NCBI GenBank assembly: GCA_963708025.1
Contig: CAVPSB010000014.1
Location: 320,001 to 384,000, forward strand
Reading direction: 5' to 3'
DNA length: 64,000 bases
DNA from: an uncultured Candidatus Rokubacteria bacterium
Lineage (GTDB): Bacteria; Methylomirabilota; Methylomirabilia; Rokubacteriales; DASRDR01
Below the pieces are notes generated by a model that saw only the letters and a program-made list of their open reading frames with translations, was not told the origin of the DNA and ran no database searches. Below are positions 22,360 to 33,556 of the stretch, one piece after another; positions within the stretch are counted from its first letter, which is position 1; each line of letters opens with the position of its first letter. The position numbers were made by a program, and so were the translations under genes.

Positions 22360-23042
22360 ATGTCGAACTGGGCTCGCTTCACCGACACGTTCTTCAACGC
22401 GCAAGGTCATGCTCAAGTACCTGCCGGACATCCTGTCCGGCGTGGTGGTCACGATCGAGCTGGCCCTCCTCGATCGTCGTCACGGGCATCGCCGCCGGCC
22501 TGGCTCTGGCGCTGCTCAGAAGCCTCGCCATCCGGCCGCTCAACTGGCTGATCGTCTTCGTCGTCGACCTCTTCCGCTCGCTGCCGCCGCTGGTCGTCAT
22601 CGTGCTGATCTACTTCGGCCTGCCCAGCGTCGACCTCTCGCCCTCGGGCTTCGTCTCGACCTGGCTGTCGCTCGCCCTGGTGCTGATGGCCTTCTCCGAG
22701 GAGATCTTCTGGGCCGGCATCACCTCGGTGGCCAAGGGCCAGTGGGAGGCCGCGCGCTCGACCGGCCTGTCGTTCGGCCAGACCCTGATGAACGTCGTGC
22801 TGCCGCAGGCCTTCCGGCTGACCATCCCGCCGCTCACCAACCGCACCATCGCCATCACCAAGGGCACCGCGCTCGGCACCGTCGTCGCAGTCACCGAGAT
22901 CCTGGGCCAGGCGAGCTCGGCGATGTCCAACTCCTACAATCCCTCGCCGCTGATGATGGGCGCCGCGGCCTACCTCGTGCTGTTCTTCCCCGTCGTGGTG
23001 GCGGCCCGCTGGGTCGAGACCAAGTTCGCGTGGAAGCGATGA
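22360..23042 (+). CDS. Amino acid ABC permease; frameshifts near 22400 and 22470
   Basis: MSNWARFTDTFFN; LKYLPDILSG; GQWEAARSTGLS...VLPQA. Confidence 0.85.
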
Positions 23043-23701
23043 TCCAGACCTTCTTCAACCTGGAGATCATCGCCGCGTCCTGGCCGATCGTGCTGGCGGG
23101 CCTGCGGAACACCGTGCTGCTGTCGCTGCTCGTGGTGCCGCTCGGCCTGGTCGGCGGGCTGATCCTGGCGCTGCTGGCGAGCGTGAAGAGTCCCGCGGTG
23201 CGCTGGCCGCTGATGGCCTGGGTCGACTTCTTCCGCGCCTTTCCGCCCCTGGTGCTGCTGATCCTCCTGTTCGCCGGACTGCCGTTCGCCGGGCTGGAGC
23301 TGGGCGGCTTCGTCTGTGTGGCCGTCGCCTTCTTCCTCAACACCGGCGCCTACTACGGCGAGATCCTGAGGGCGGGCATCGATTCCGTGCCGGCCGGCCA
23401 GATCGAGGCCGCGCGCTCCACCGGCCTCTCTCGGCTGCAGGCCATGGCCTACGTCGTGCTGCCCCAGGCGGTGCGCAACGTGCTGCCCGACCTGCTCTCC
23501 AACACGCTCGAGGTGGTGAAGCTCACCTCGCTCGGCAGCGTGGTCGCGGTGCCCGAGCTCCTCTACCAGGCGCGTCAGGCGCAGAGCCTGACCTACAACC
23601 CGACGCCCATCGTGGTGGCGGCGATCGTCTACTTCCTGATGCTCTGGCCCGTGGTGCGGCTGTTGAGCCGACTGGAGAACCGCGCACTCGCCGGGCGGTA
23701 G
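23039..23701 (+). CDS. Amino acid ABC permease
   Basis: MIQTFFNLE; AYYGEILRAGIDSVPAGQIEAARSTGLS; VKLTSL. Confidence 0.92.
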   Translation: MIQTFFNLEIIAASWPIVLAGLRNTVLLSLLVVPLGLVGGLILALLASVKSPAVRWPLMAWVDFFRAFPPLVLLILLFAGLPFAGLELGGFVCVAVAFFLNTGAYYGEILRAGIDSVPAGQIEAARSTGLSRLQAMAYVVLPQAVRNVLPDLLSNTLEVVKLTSLGSVVAVPELLYQARQAQSLTYNPTPIVVAAIVYFLMLWPVVRLLSRLENRALAGR

Positions 23702-23864
23702 GCCTCGAGCAGCTCGGGAGGCGGGCAGAGCCGGGGATGGCGCGGTTCATGTGGCTGCCGGTGGCGTGAGGCGAGGCGGCCACGTGCCGCAGCCGTGCGA
23801 TCAGGCGAGCGGAACGTGCGCACGCGCGGCGGCGATGGCGGCCGTCCGTCCGTCCGGCGGGCCC

Positions 23865-24112
23865 GTGCAAGATGGCCCCGAGCAGCCGCAGCCGGACTGC
23901 GGCGTCGACCGCGCGCGGATCGAGCCCGTGGCCACGGGCCGCCCCGTAGCCGGCCGTCACCGCCGCGAAGCGCTCCGGGCCCCAACTCCCGAGATAGCCG
24001 AGATCGAAGTGCGGATCGGCGATACCGCTGATCGACCAGTCGATCACGCCGGCGAGGCCGGATTGGCTCGCGGTCAGCAGCAGGTTCTTCCAGTTGGCAT
24101 CGTTGCGGCCGG
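23865..24112 (-). pseudogene. Phosphotransferase (APH/choline kinase-like) fragment
   Basis: RNDANWKNLLL...AGVIDW...DPHFDLG; in-frame stop just upstream. Confidence 0.5.
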
Positions 24113-24136
24113 TCTAACCGGGCGGGGGATCGAGCG

Positions 24137-24403
24137 ATGAAGCCGGCATTCCGCGTCGTCCTTGGCGTCCTTGCGGGCGTCGTCGCGCTGGGAGCGCTCG
24201 TCGCGCTGCTGCTCGTGCGCGAGTGCGCCTACGGCGGCGGCATGGGGGCGCGCGACCGAACGTGCGTGTGCCTCGGCGTCGAGTGGCAGGTCTACGACCA
24301 GCGGCCTGCCGACGGACCGCGCCGGTCCGTCTGCATCGGCCTCGTGCGGTCGCGGACGTGCCATCGGACCAGCGACGGCCCGGTGATCCCGTGCCCGCCG
24401 TGA
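24137..24403 (+). CDS. Small Cys-rich membrane-anchored hypothetical protein
   Basis: N-terminal TM helix, six Cys, DGPRRSVCIG. Confidence 0.6.
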   Translation: MKPAFRVVLGVLAGVVALGALVALLLVRECAYGGGMGARDRTCVCLGVEWQVYDQRPADGPRRSVCIGLVRSRTCHRTSDGPVIPCPP

Positions 24404-24421
24404 TCGCGCCCCGGGGGGGCC

Positions 24422-25219
24422 TCAGATGCGGCGGGGGAGCCCCCGGGCGGGCGCCATGTGGGGCCGGCCGCAGTGGGTGCCGCCCGTGACGTAGACGACC
24501 TCGCCGGTCATCCAGCCGGCGCGCTCGGAGGCGAGGAAGAGGACCGCGCTGGCGATGTCGTCGGGGGAGCCGGTGCGCCCGAGGGGCGTGGCGGCGAGCA
24601 TGTCGCCGACGTAGGGGTGAGGGGACGGGTCGCCCTTCCGGAGCACGGTGTCCATCACCAGCCCGGGGGCGACCGCGTTGACGCGGATCCCGTGCGGCCC
24701 CAGCTCGATGGCGAGGACCTCGGTCAGCATGTTGACCGCGGCCTTGGAGCCGCAGTAGTGGGCGGCGCCGGCCCGGGCCGAGGTGGAGGCGCCGGAGGAG
24801 ATGTTGACGATGCTGCCCGGCGCCTTCCGCTCGACCAGCTGGCGGGCCACCGCCTGGCAGCAGAGCATCGTGCCGCGCACGTTGACCGCGAAGGTCCGGT
24901 CCCAGTCCTCGACCGCCACCTCCAGGAGGGTGCCCTGGGGCACGTAGCCGGCGAAGTTGACGAGGACGTCGACCGGCCCCAGGCGCCCGGTGCCCTCCGC
25001 GACGACGCGGGCGACGTCGTCGCCCCGCGCCACGTCGGCAGGAACGGCGGCCACCGCCGCGCCCAGCTCGCGCGCGAGCCGGGCCGTCTCCTCGAGGGGC
25101 CCGGGGTTCAGGTCGGTGACGAGGAGCCGCGCGCCCTCGCGGGCGAAGGCCAGGGCGCAGGGCCGGCCGAGCCGGCCGGCGGCGCCGGTGAGCATGACGA
25201 CGCGATCGGTGAACTCCAT
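24422..25219 (-). CDS. SDR family oxidoreductase
   Basis: TGAAGRLG, NISS, YCGSK, IRVNAVAPG. Confidence 0.92.
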   Translation of the reverse strand: MEFTDRVVMLTGAAGRLGRPCALAFAREGARLLVTDLNPGPLEETARLARELGAAVAAVPADVARGDDVARVVAEGTGRLGPVDVLVNFAGYVPQGTLLEVAVEDWDRTFAVNVRGTMLCCQAVARQLVERKAPGSIVNISSGASTSARAGAAHYCGSKAAVNMLTEVLAIELGPHGIRVNAVAPGLVMDTVLRKGDPSPHPYVGDMLAATPLGRTGSPDDIASAVLFLASERAGWMTGEVVYVTGGTHCGRPHMAPARGLPRRI

Positions 25220-25233
25220 GCGATGCCTCCGGG

Positions 25234-26070
25234 TCAGCGGGGGAGGATCCGCCGCAGGTCGGTGCCGCGCGAGATCAGCAGGGTTCCCACCACGAGCACG
25301 AACGCGAAGAGGATGAGGAGCGCCGACAGCGCGGCGATCGTCGGGTCCTGCCACTTCTCCATGTAGAGGAACATCTCGATCGGCAGCGTGTTGTTCTCGC
25401 CGCGGGTGAGGAAGATCGAGCTCTCGACCTGGTCGAACGACACGATGAACGCCAGCAGCGTGCTGACGGCGAGCCCCGAACGGATCTGCGGGAGGACGAT
25501 CCGCCAGAGCACCGTCGGCCGCGAGGCGCCCAGATCCTGGGCGGCCTCCTCGAGGGAGGGGTCCAGCCCGACCAGGTTCGCCGCCAGGATGTTGACGACG
25601 AACGGCAGCACGACGATCGTGTGGGCCAGGATCAGCGGCCCCACGCCCCCCTGGAGCCCGAGCCGCGCAAAGAAGATGAACCAGCCGACGCCGAGGACGA
25701 TCTTCGGCATCACGATGGGGGACAGCAGGAACGCCCGCAGCGCCTCGCGGCCGGGAAAGCGCCCCCGTACCAGCGCCAGCGCGCCCAGGAGGCCGGTGAC
25801 CAGGGCCAGCGCGGTGGCGGCGACGCCGATCCCCAGGCTCCGGAGGAACGCGCCCCGGAAGGCCGGCTGGTCGGCGAGGTTGGCGTACCAGCGGAGGGAG
25901 AGGCCGGGCGGGGGAAAGACCCCGTAGGCCACGCTCGAGAACGAGTAGAAGACGACGATGGCCAGCGGCAGCAGGACGAAGCCGACGCCGAGGGCCAGGA
26001 CCCCGCGGAGGACGGCGTCACGGGCGCGGTCCGCCCGCGCCTCGCGCGCCTGGAGGTCGGTGGGGCTCAT
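25234..26070 (-). CDS. ABC permease (PotC-like)
   Basis: LSLRWY, LEEAAQDLGAS, SFDQV, TLPI. Confidence 0.9.
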   Translation of the reverse strand: MSPTDLQAREARADRARDAVLRGVLALGVGFVLLPLAIVVFYSFSSVAYGVFPPPGLSLRWYANLADQPAFRGAFLRSLGIGVAATALALVTGLLGALALVRGRFPGREALRAFLLSPIVMPKIVLGVGWFIFFARLGLQGGVGPLILAHTIVVLPFVVNILAANLVGLDPSLEEAAQDLGASRPTVLWRIVLPQIRSGLAVSTLLAFIVSFDQVESSIFLTRGENNTLPIEMFLYMEKWQDPTIAALSALLILFAFVLVVGTLLISRGTDLRRILPR

Positions 26071-26915
26071 ACGGTGGGGAGCTTCCTCAGCACCGCGTTC
26101 AGCCCCCACACCGCGAGGACGGACAGGGCCAGGAGCGCGAGGCTGGCCACCGCGCCGTCCGGCCAGTTGATCTCCACGGTGCTGTTGTAGACCGTCAGGG
26201 GCAGGACCTGGACGCGGCCGCCGCCCAGGATCTGGGGCGTCACGAAGGCGCTGAGCGCGAGCGTGAAGCAGATGAGGGCGCCGGCCACCACGCCGGGCAT
26301 GGTGAGGGGCAGCGTGATGCGGAGGAAGGTGTCCCACCAGCCGGCCCCCAGGTCGCGGGCGGCCTCCTTCAGCGTGACGTCGATCCGCCCGAGGACCGAG
26401 TAGATCGGGAAGATCGCGAAGGGGAGCAGGATGTGGGTCAGGCTCACCACGACGCCGCGCATGTTGAAGAGGAGGGAGAGCGGCTCGTCGATCAGCCCGA
26501 GGCCCCGCAGGGTCGTGTTCACCAGGCCCTGGTTGGCGAGCAGGATCAGCCAGCCGTAGGTCCGGACCACGACGCTGACCAGGAGCGGCGAGAAGAGGAC
26601 GACCGCCAGGACCAGCCGGGCCATCCGGCTCCGGACCCGGGTGTGGAGCGCGTAGGCCACCGGGTAGCCGATGAGCACCGCCAGCGCCGTCACGACGAAG
26701 GCCAGCCAGAGCGAGGTCGCGATGATCTTGTAGGAGAACGGGTCGGCGAAGAACGCGACGAACGTGCGAAGGGTCCACACCGGGAGGATGCGGCCATCCT
26801 TGAAGGCGTGGAAGCCGTTGACGAAGTAGAAGGCGAGCGGGACGACGTAGAGCACGGCCATGAGGAGGAGGGCGGGGGCGAGCAGGAAGAGGACTAGCCG
26901 ACCCTGGACGCGCAC
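26067..26915 (-). CDS. ABC permease (PotB-like)
   Basis: GYPVAY, VVRTYGW, LKEAARDLGA, FVTPQILGG. Confidence 0.9.
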   Translation of the reverse strand: MRVQGRLVLFLLAPALLLMAVLYVVPLAFYFVNGFHAFKDGRILPVWTLRTFVAFFADPFSYKIIATSLWLAFVVTALAVLIGYPVAYALHTRVRSRMARLVLAVVLFSPLLVSVVVRTYGWLILLANQGLVNTTLRGLGLIDEPLSLLFNMRGVVVSLTHILLPFAIFPIYSVLGRIDVTLKEAARDLGAGWWDTFLRITLPLTMPGVVAGALICFTLALSAFVTPQILGGGRVQVLPLTVYNSTVEINWPDGAVASLALLALSVLAVWGLNAVLRKLPTV

Positions 26916-27034
26916 GGCGCCTAGCCTAAGCTCCCGCCCGCGTCCTGGCAACCGCCCGGCTCACCGCCCCGCTCACACTCACGCCCCCGGGTGGTGGACC
27001 ACCCGGAGGTGGCCCGGGCGAGGATCGAGGCGTC

Positions 27035-27063
27035 TTGACGCGCCCGGGCCGCCACGCTAGGCT
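27035..27063 (+). promoter_or_regulatory. Putative sigma70 promoter of the peptide ABC operon
   Basis: TTGACG-N17-TAGGCT; GAGGAG RBS before ATG 27119. Confidence 0.6.
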
Positions 27064-27118
27064 CGGCCCACTCCCGAAAGGCAGTGGCTTCCGTCCAACC
27101 CCACGAGGAGGACCCACG

Positions 27119-28720
27119 ATGAAGCGTCTGCGCGCGCGATCGGGGCTCGGCATCACGGTACTCACGGTCGTCCTGCTGGCCCTGGGGATCCCGGCGGCGA
27201 GGGCCGCCGATCCGGCACCGGGCGGGACGCTCGTCGTCGGGCTCGACCAGGAGCCGCCGACGCTCGATCCTCACGCGTCGCCGTCGGCGGTGACCTACCA
27301 GGTCATCGCCTCGGTCACCGAGAGCCTGCTGTTCCATGGCCGGGACGGGAAGCTTTACCCGTGGCTCGCCGAGTCGTGGACCACCTCGGCGGACGGGAAG
27401 AGCGTCACCTTCAAGCTTCGCAAGGACGTCAAGTTCCACGACGGGACCCCGTTCAACGCCGCCGCCGTCAAGTTCAACTTCGACCGGATCGTGGATCCCA
27501 AGTTCAAGGCCGGCGGGTCGCGGGCCCAGCTCGCCGGCTACGCCGAGTCGAAGGTCCTCGACGAGCACACCGTCCAGGTGAGCTTCCAGGCCCCCTACGC
27601 GCCGTTTCTCACCTACGCCGCCGCCGGCACGCTGAGCATGGTGTCGCCGAAGGCGGTGCGTGAGACGGGCGACGGGGTGCACACCCAGCCGGTCGGCACC
27701 GGCGCGTTCATGGTCAAGGACTACGTGGCCAAGGACCACACGACCATCGTGCGCAACCCGGCCTACAACCGGAAGGCGCCGTGGAGCGACCGGTCGGGGC
27801 CGGCCTACCTGGACGCCATCGTGTGGAAGTTCATCCCGGAGGCGGGGACCCGGGTGACGACCCTCGAGAGCGGCGAGACCCAGGGGATCTACCTGGTGCC
27901 GGCCCAGTCCCTGCCGCGCCTGGAGCGCAACGCGGCCATCCGCGTCGAGCGGATGCCGTGGCCGGGGGCGCCCCGGATCTGGGTCCTGAACGTGACCAAG
28001 CCCCCACTGGACGACGTCCGGGTCCGCCAGGCGATCAACTACGCCGTCGACAAGGAGGCGTTCCTGGCGACGGTCTACAAGGGGACGGCGGTCCGGGCCT
28101 CCGCCCCCCTCACCGCCGTCATGCTGGAAGACGCCGGGCTCCGCCAGTACTACCCCTACAACCCCGGCAAGGCCCGGGACCTCCTGGGACAGGCCGGCTG
28201 GCAGCCGGGACCCGAGGGCATCCGGGCGAAGGGCGGTCAGCGGCTGGAGATCGTGCTGAACGCGATCGAGTACGGCGGCGGTCCGGATCCGACCGCCCAG
28301 CTCATCCAGTCGTCGCTCCGCGAGGTCGGCATCGACCTGAAGATCAAGGCCCAGGCGCGCCCGCCGTTCTACGAGGACAACTACCGCTGCGCCACCCACG
28401 GCCCGGTCATGTTCCTTCGCGCGACCGACCCCGACGCCCTCTACTCGCTCTTCCACTCGTCGATGGTCGGCCAGAACTTCAACTGGTCGTGCTACAAGAA
28501 CGCGAAGGCGGACCAGCTCCTGGAGCAGGGCCGGAGGGAGTCGGACCCGGCCAAGCGCCGCGCCGTGTACCTGGAGCTCAGCAAGCTGCTCCTCGACGAC
28601 GCGGCCAGCGTGCCGCTCGTCGACGAGCTGGCCGTGTGGGCCTTCCGGTCCGGTGTCGAGGGCACGAAGTACAACTTCAACGCCTACCCGGTGCTGAGCG
28701 ACACCTTCATCCGGAAGTAG
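27119..28720 (+). CDS. Peptide/nickel ABC substrate-binding protein (family 5)
   Basis: PWLAESW, FKLRKDVKFHDGTPFNAAAVKFNF, PVGTGAF, DVRVRQAINYAVD. Confidence 0.93.
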   Translation: MKRLRARSGLGITVLTVVLLALGIPAARAADPAPGGTLVVGLDQEPPTLDPHASPSAVTYQVIASVTESLLFHGRDGKLYPWLAESWTTSADGKSVTFKLRKDVKFHDGTPFNAAAVKFNFDRIVDPKFKAGGSRAQLAGYAESKVLDEHTVQVSFQAPYAPFLTYAAAGTLSMVSPKAVRETGDGVHTQPVGTGAFMVKDYVAKDHTTIVRNPAYNRKAPWSDRSGPAYLDAIVWKFIPEAGTRVTTLESGETQGIYLVPAQSLPRLERNAAIRVERMPWPGAPRIWVLNVTKPPLDDVRVRQAINYAVDKEAFLATVYKGTAVRASAPLTAVMLEDAGLRQYYPYNPGKARDLLGQAGWQPGPEGIRAKGGQRLEIVLNAIEYGGGPDPTAQLIQSSLREVGIDLKIKAQARPPFYEDNYRCATHGPVMFLRATDPDALYSLFHSSMVGQNFNWSCYKNAKADQLLEQGRRESDPAKRRAVYLELSKLLLDDAASVPLVDELAVWAFRSGVEGTKYNFNAYPVLSDTFIRK

Positions 28721-28735
28721 TGTCCCAGCGAGCTC

Positions 28736-28775
28736 GCCCGCACCCTCTCCCTCCTCGCCGGAGGGAGAGGGTGAG
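28736..28775. repeat. REP-like hairpin, CCCTCTCCC/GGGAGAGGG family
   Basis: CACCCTCTCCCTC-ctcgccg-GAGGGAGAGGGTG. Confidence 0.7.
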
Positions 28776-28785
28776 ATAGGACCCC

Positions 28786-29708
28786 GTGCTCACCTACGTC
28801 GCCGGGCGGGCCCTGGCCAGCGTCCCCGTGCTCTTCGGCGTGACGCTGGCCGTCTTCAGCATGCTGTTCCTGGTGCCCGGCGACCCGGTCAAGATGATGC
28901 TGGCCGAGTTCGTCACGAACCCGGACCAGGTCGCCCAGATGCGGGCCCAGCTCCACCTCGACGAGCCGATCCTCCAGCAGTACGGCCGCTTCGTGGCCAA
29001 CGCGCTCCGCGGCGACCTCGGCGTCTCGATCCGGAGCCGGCGCCCGGTCGTCCAGGAGATCCGGGAGAACGTGGGGAGCACGGCCCAGCTCGCCCTCGGC
29101 AGCATGCTGGTCGCCGCCGTCCTGGGCGTCGCGCTCGGGCTCCTGGCCGCCGTCTGCCGGAACACCTGGGTGGACGTCGGCTCGATGCTGGTGGCGCTCC
29201 TGGGCGTCTCCATGCCGAGCTTCTGGCTCGGGCTCCTGCTGATCCTGCTCTTCTCGCTCCAGCTCGGCTGGTTCCCGGCCACCGGGGGCGGCGGCCTCGC
29301 CCACCTGGTCATGCCGATGGTCACCCTGGGGCTCATCCCCTCGGCGATCATCGCCCGCCTCACCCGGTCGAGCATGCTGGAGGTGCTCGGCCAGGACTAC
29401 ATCCGCACCGCCCGCGCGAAGGGGCTGGCGGGGTGGGCGGTGGTGATCCGGCACGGCCTGAAGAACGCCTTCATCCCGGTGGTGACCGTCTTCGGCCTGC
29501 AGTTCGGGAACCTCCTGGCCGGCACCGTGATCGTCGAGACCGTCTTCAGCCGGCCGGGCCTCGGCCGGCTCATCGTCGGCGGGGTCCTGAACAAGGACTT
29601 CCCCCTGGTGCAAGGCGCCATCCTCTTCGTCGCGACCGCCTACGTCGTGATCAACTTGCTGGTCGACCTCGCCTATGCCATCTTCGACCCGCGCATCCGC
29701 TCCGCTAG
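28786..29708 (+). CDS. Peptide ABC permease (DppB-like); stop lost to an apparent indel near 29700
   Basis: LVPGDP, GDLGVS, SMPSFWLG, RLTRSSMLEVLGQDYIRTARAKGL, DPRI. Confidence 0.9.
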
Positions 29709-30529
29709 GGCCGGGCTCGCTCCGCCTCCCGCGCGGGGCGCTGGTCGGCCTCGTGGTTCTCGGGTGCCTGGCGGTCCTCGCGGTGCTGGCGCCCTGGCTC
29801 AGCCCGCGGGATCCGATCAAGACGGCGCCCCGCGAGGCGCTGGAGCCGCCGGGGCCCCGCTACGTGCTGGGCAGCGACCAGTACGGCCGCGACGTGCTGA
29901 GCCGGGTCCTCCACGGCGCCCGCATCTCGCTGCTGATCGGCTTCATCGCCGTGTCCATCGCGGTCGCGCTCGGGACGCCGGTGGGACTGGTCGCCGGCTA
30001 CTACGGCGGGCGCCTCGACGCGGTCCTCATGCGGGTCATCGACGTCATGCTGGCGTTCCCGGGGATCCTGCTCGCGCTGGCCATCGTGAGCGTGCTCACG
30101 CCGAGCCTGACCAATCTGATGGTGGCGGTGGGGCTCGCCGCCGTGCCGACCTACGCGCGGCTGGTGCGGGGCTCCGTCCTGTCGGCCCGGGAGAACCTCT
30201 ACGTCGAGGCGGCGCGGGCGATCGGCTGCCGCGACGCGCTCGTCCTGGCCCGCTACGTCCTGCCGAACGTGGTGGCGCCGATCATCGTGACGGCGACCCT
30301 CGGCATGGGGACGGCGATCCTGTCGGCGGCGGCGCTCAGCTTCCTGGGGCTCGGCAGCCAGCCGCCGGAGCCGGAGTGGGGCCGGATGCTGAGCGAGGGG
30401 CGCGACTACCTGCGGGAGGCGTGGTGGATCTCGACGTTCCCGGGGCTCGGCATCATGCTCACCGTGCTGGCCATGAACCTCCTGGGTGACGGCCTGCGCG
30501 ACGTCCTCGACCCGCGGCTGAAGGTGTAG
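29675..30529 (+). CDS. Peptide ABC permease (DppC-like); start uncertain
   Basis: LGSDQYGRDVLSR, LSFLGLG, EWGRML, NLLGDGLRDVLDPR. Confidence 0.9.
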   Translation: MPSSTRASAPLGPGSLRLPRGALVGLVVLGCLAVLAVLAPWLSPRDPIKTAPREALEPPGPRYVLGSDQYGRDVLSRVLHGARISLLIGFIAVSIAVALGTPVGLVAGYYGGRLDAVLMRVIDVMLAFPGILLALAIVSVLTPSLTNLMVAVGLAAVPTYARLVRGSVLSARENLYVEAARAIGCRDALVLARYVLPNVVAPIIVTATLGMGTAILSAAALSFLGLGSQPPEPEWGRMLSEGRDYLREAWWISTFPGLGIMLTVLAMNLLGDGLRDVLDPRLKV

Positions 30530-30534
30530 CGCGC

Positions 30535-31354
30535 GTGGACGAGTTCACCGAGGCCAACCGCCGCCTCTGGAACGCCTGGGCGCCGTACCACGTCGGGTCG
30601 CCGTTCTACGACGTCGAGGGCTTCAAGGCCGGGCGCCGCAGCAGGCGGGCGGGGCTCGACGCGCTGGAGATCGCCCTGGTCGGGGACGTGACCGGTAAGA
30701 GGCTGCTCCACCTGCAGTGCCACTTCGGCCTGGACAGCCTCGCCTGGGCGCGCCGGGGCGCGATCGTCACGGGCGTCGACTTCGCCGAGGCGGCCATCGA
30801 GGCGGCCCGGACGCTGGCGGCCGAGACCGGGATCCCGGCCCGGTTCGTCCGGAGCGACGTCTACGACCTGCCCGCCCACCTCGAGGGCGAGTTCGACGTC
30901 GTGTTCACCTCGCACGGCGTGCTCGGCTGGCTGCCCGACCTCGACGCGCTGGGCCCGGGTGATCGCGCACTTCCTCGCACCGGGCGGCCGATTTCACGTG
31001 ATCGAGGCCCACCCGTTCGCGCTGATCTTCGACGACCGGCGGGACGATCGGGAGCTGCGGCTGCTCTACCCCTACTTCGGCGGCCCCGAGCCGTTGCGGG
31101 AAGAGCGGGAGGGCTCCTACGCGGCGCCCGACGCGCCGATCCACAGCGTCGAGTACGTCTGGATCCATCCGCTGGCCGAGGTCTTCGGGTCGCTCCTGCG
31201 GGCCGGGCTCTCCATCGAGGCGTTCGCGGAGTACCCGTATGCCGGCTGGCCGATCGTCCCCTGGATGGAGCAGCGGGCGGACGGCGCCTGGCAGCTCCCG
31301 GGCGGCGCCGGGAGCCTGCCCCTGATGTTCTCGCTCAGCGCCTCGAAGAGGTGA
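30535..31354 (+). CDS. Class I SAM-dependent methyltransferase; frameshift near 30955
   Basis: LLHLQCHFGLD, VTGVDF, FDVVFTSHGVLGWLPDL; second frame HFLAPGG, LPLMFSL. Confidence 0.85.
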
Positions 31355-31377
31355 CAGCGTCCGGGGCGATCAGCTCG

Positions 31378-31464
31378 TCCGGCTCCCCCCTCCCCCCCGG
31401 CCAAAGGCCGAAGGCCGTCAACCTTGGGGGAGGGCGGTTGGGGGGGTAGGAGGGAGGTCCCGAA
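31378..31464 (-). repeat. Family-A REP-like element with one 19-nt module
   Basis: Reverse complement of TTCGGGACCTCCC…GGGGGGAGCCGGA; module at 31401-31419. Confidence 0.85.
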
Positions 31465-32387
31465 AATCGACGGCGGTGGTGTTGCCGCCGCTGACGACGA
31501 CCCCGACGCGCTCCCCGGGCGCGGGCGCGTAGCCGCCGGAGAGCAGGCCGGCCAGCGCGGCCGCGCCGCCGGGCTCGGCGACCACTCGCAGGGAGGACCA
31601 CAGGGCCTCCTGGGCCTGGCGGATGGCGGCATCGTCCACCAGGACGACGCGCTCGACGTGGGCCCGGGCGATCGGGAACATCAGCTCGCCGACCCGGCGC
31701 GGCGCCAGCGAGTCCGCCGCGATGCTGCCCGTCTCGGCGTCCACCGGCCGTCCGGCCCGGAGCGCCTCGGCCAGCGTCGGGGCGGCCCGGGGCTCGACGC
31801 CGACGATCCTCGCGGTCCCCGCGTACCAGGCCGCGATGCCGCCGATCAGCCCGCCGCCCCCCACCGCCACCAGCACCGTGTCGAGGCCCGGCGCCTGGGC
31901 GGCCAGCTCCAGGCCGAGGGTCCCCTGGCCGAGCAGCGTCTCGACCGGTCGAAGGCGTGGACCGGCAGCGCGCCCGACTCCGCGACCCACGCCTCGCTGG
32001 CCGCGAGGGCGTCCGCGTAGCGATCGCCTCCGACGACGAGCTCCGCGCCGTACTCCCGGATGCGCCGGATCTTCGCGGGGGAGGAGACCGTCGGCACGAA
32101 GATCTTCGCGGCCACGCCGAGTCGCATCGCGGCGTAGGCGACCGCGGCGCCGTGGTTCCCTCCCGAGGCGGCCACGACGCCGGCGGCCGGGACGGCCCGC
32201 GTGAGCAGGTTGGCGAAGGCGCCCCGCGCCTTGAACGACCCCGAGTGCTGGAGCTGCTCCAGCTTCAGCACGAGCGAGAAGGAGGACAGCCCGAAGTCGG
32301 CGCCGTTCACCTCCACCACGGGGGTCCGGCGCACGTAGGGTCGGATGACCTCGTGGGTCGCCTGGATGCTGGTCCGGTCGATCGAGC

Positions 32388-32391
<4 letters not shown>
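31418..32391 (-). CDS. Threonine/serine dehydratase (PLP); frameshift near 31950
   Basis: [42 protein letters not shown]. Confidence 0.88.
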
Positions 32392-33495
<1,104 letters not shown>

Positions 33496-33507
33496 CGGCG
33501 GTCGGTA

Positions 33508-33550
33508 CTCTCACCCCGACCCTCTCCCGGAAAGGGAGAGGGAGGGGAGA
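33508..33550. repeat. REP-like hairpin, CCCTCTCCC/GGGAGAGGG family
   Basis: CTCACCCCGACCCTCTCCC-ggaaa-GGGAGAGGG. Confidence 0.75.
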
Positions 33551-33556
33551 GTCGCG

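Noticed and set aside
28786-30489. DppB-DppC fusion ORF
   Set aside because: The read-through after DPRI is low-complexity and out of frame with DppC; a missing base near 29700 explains it.
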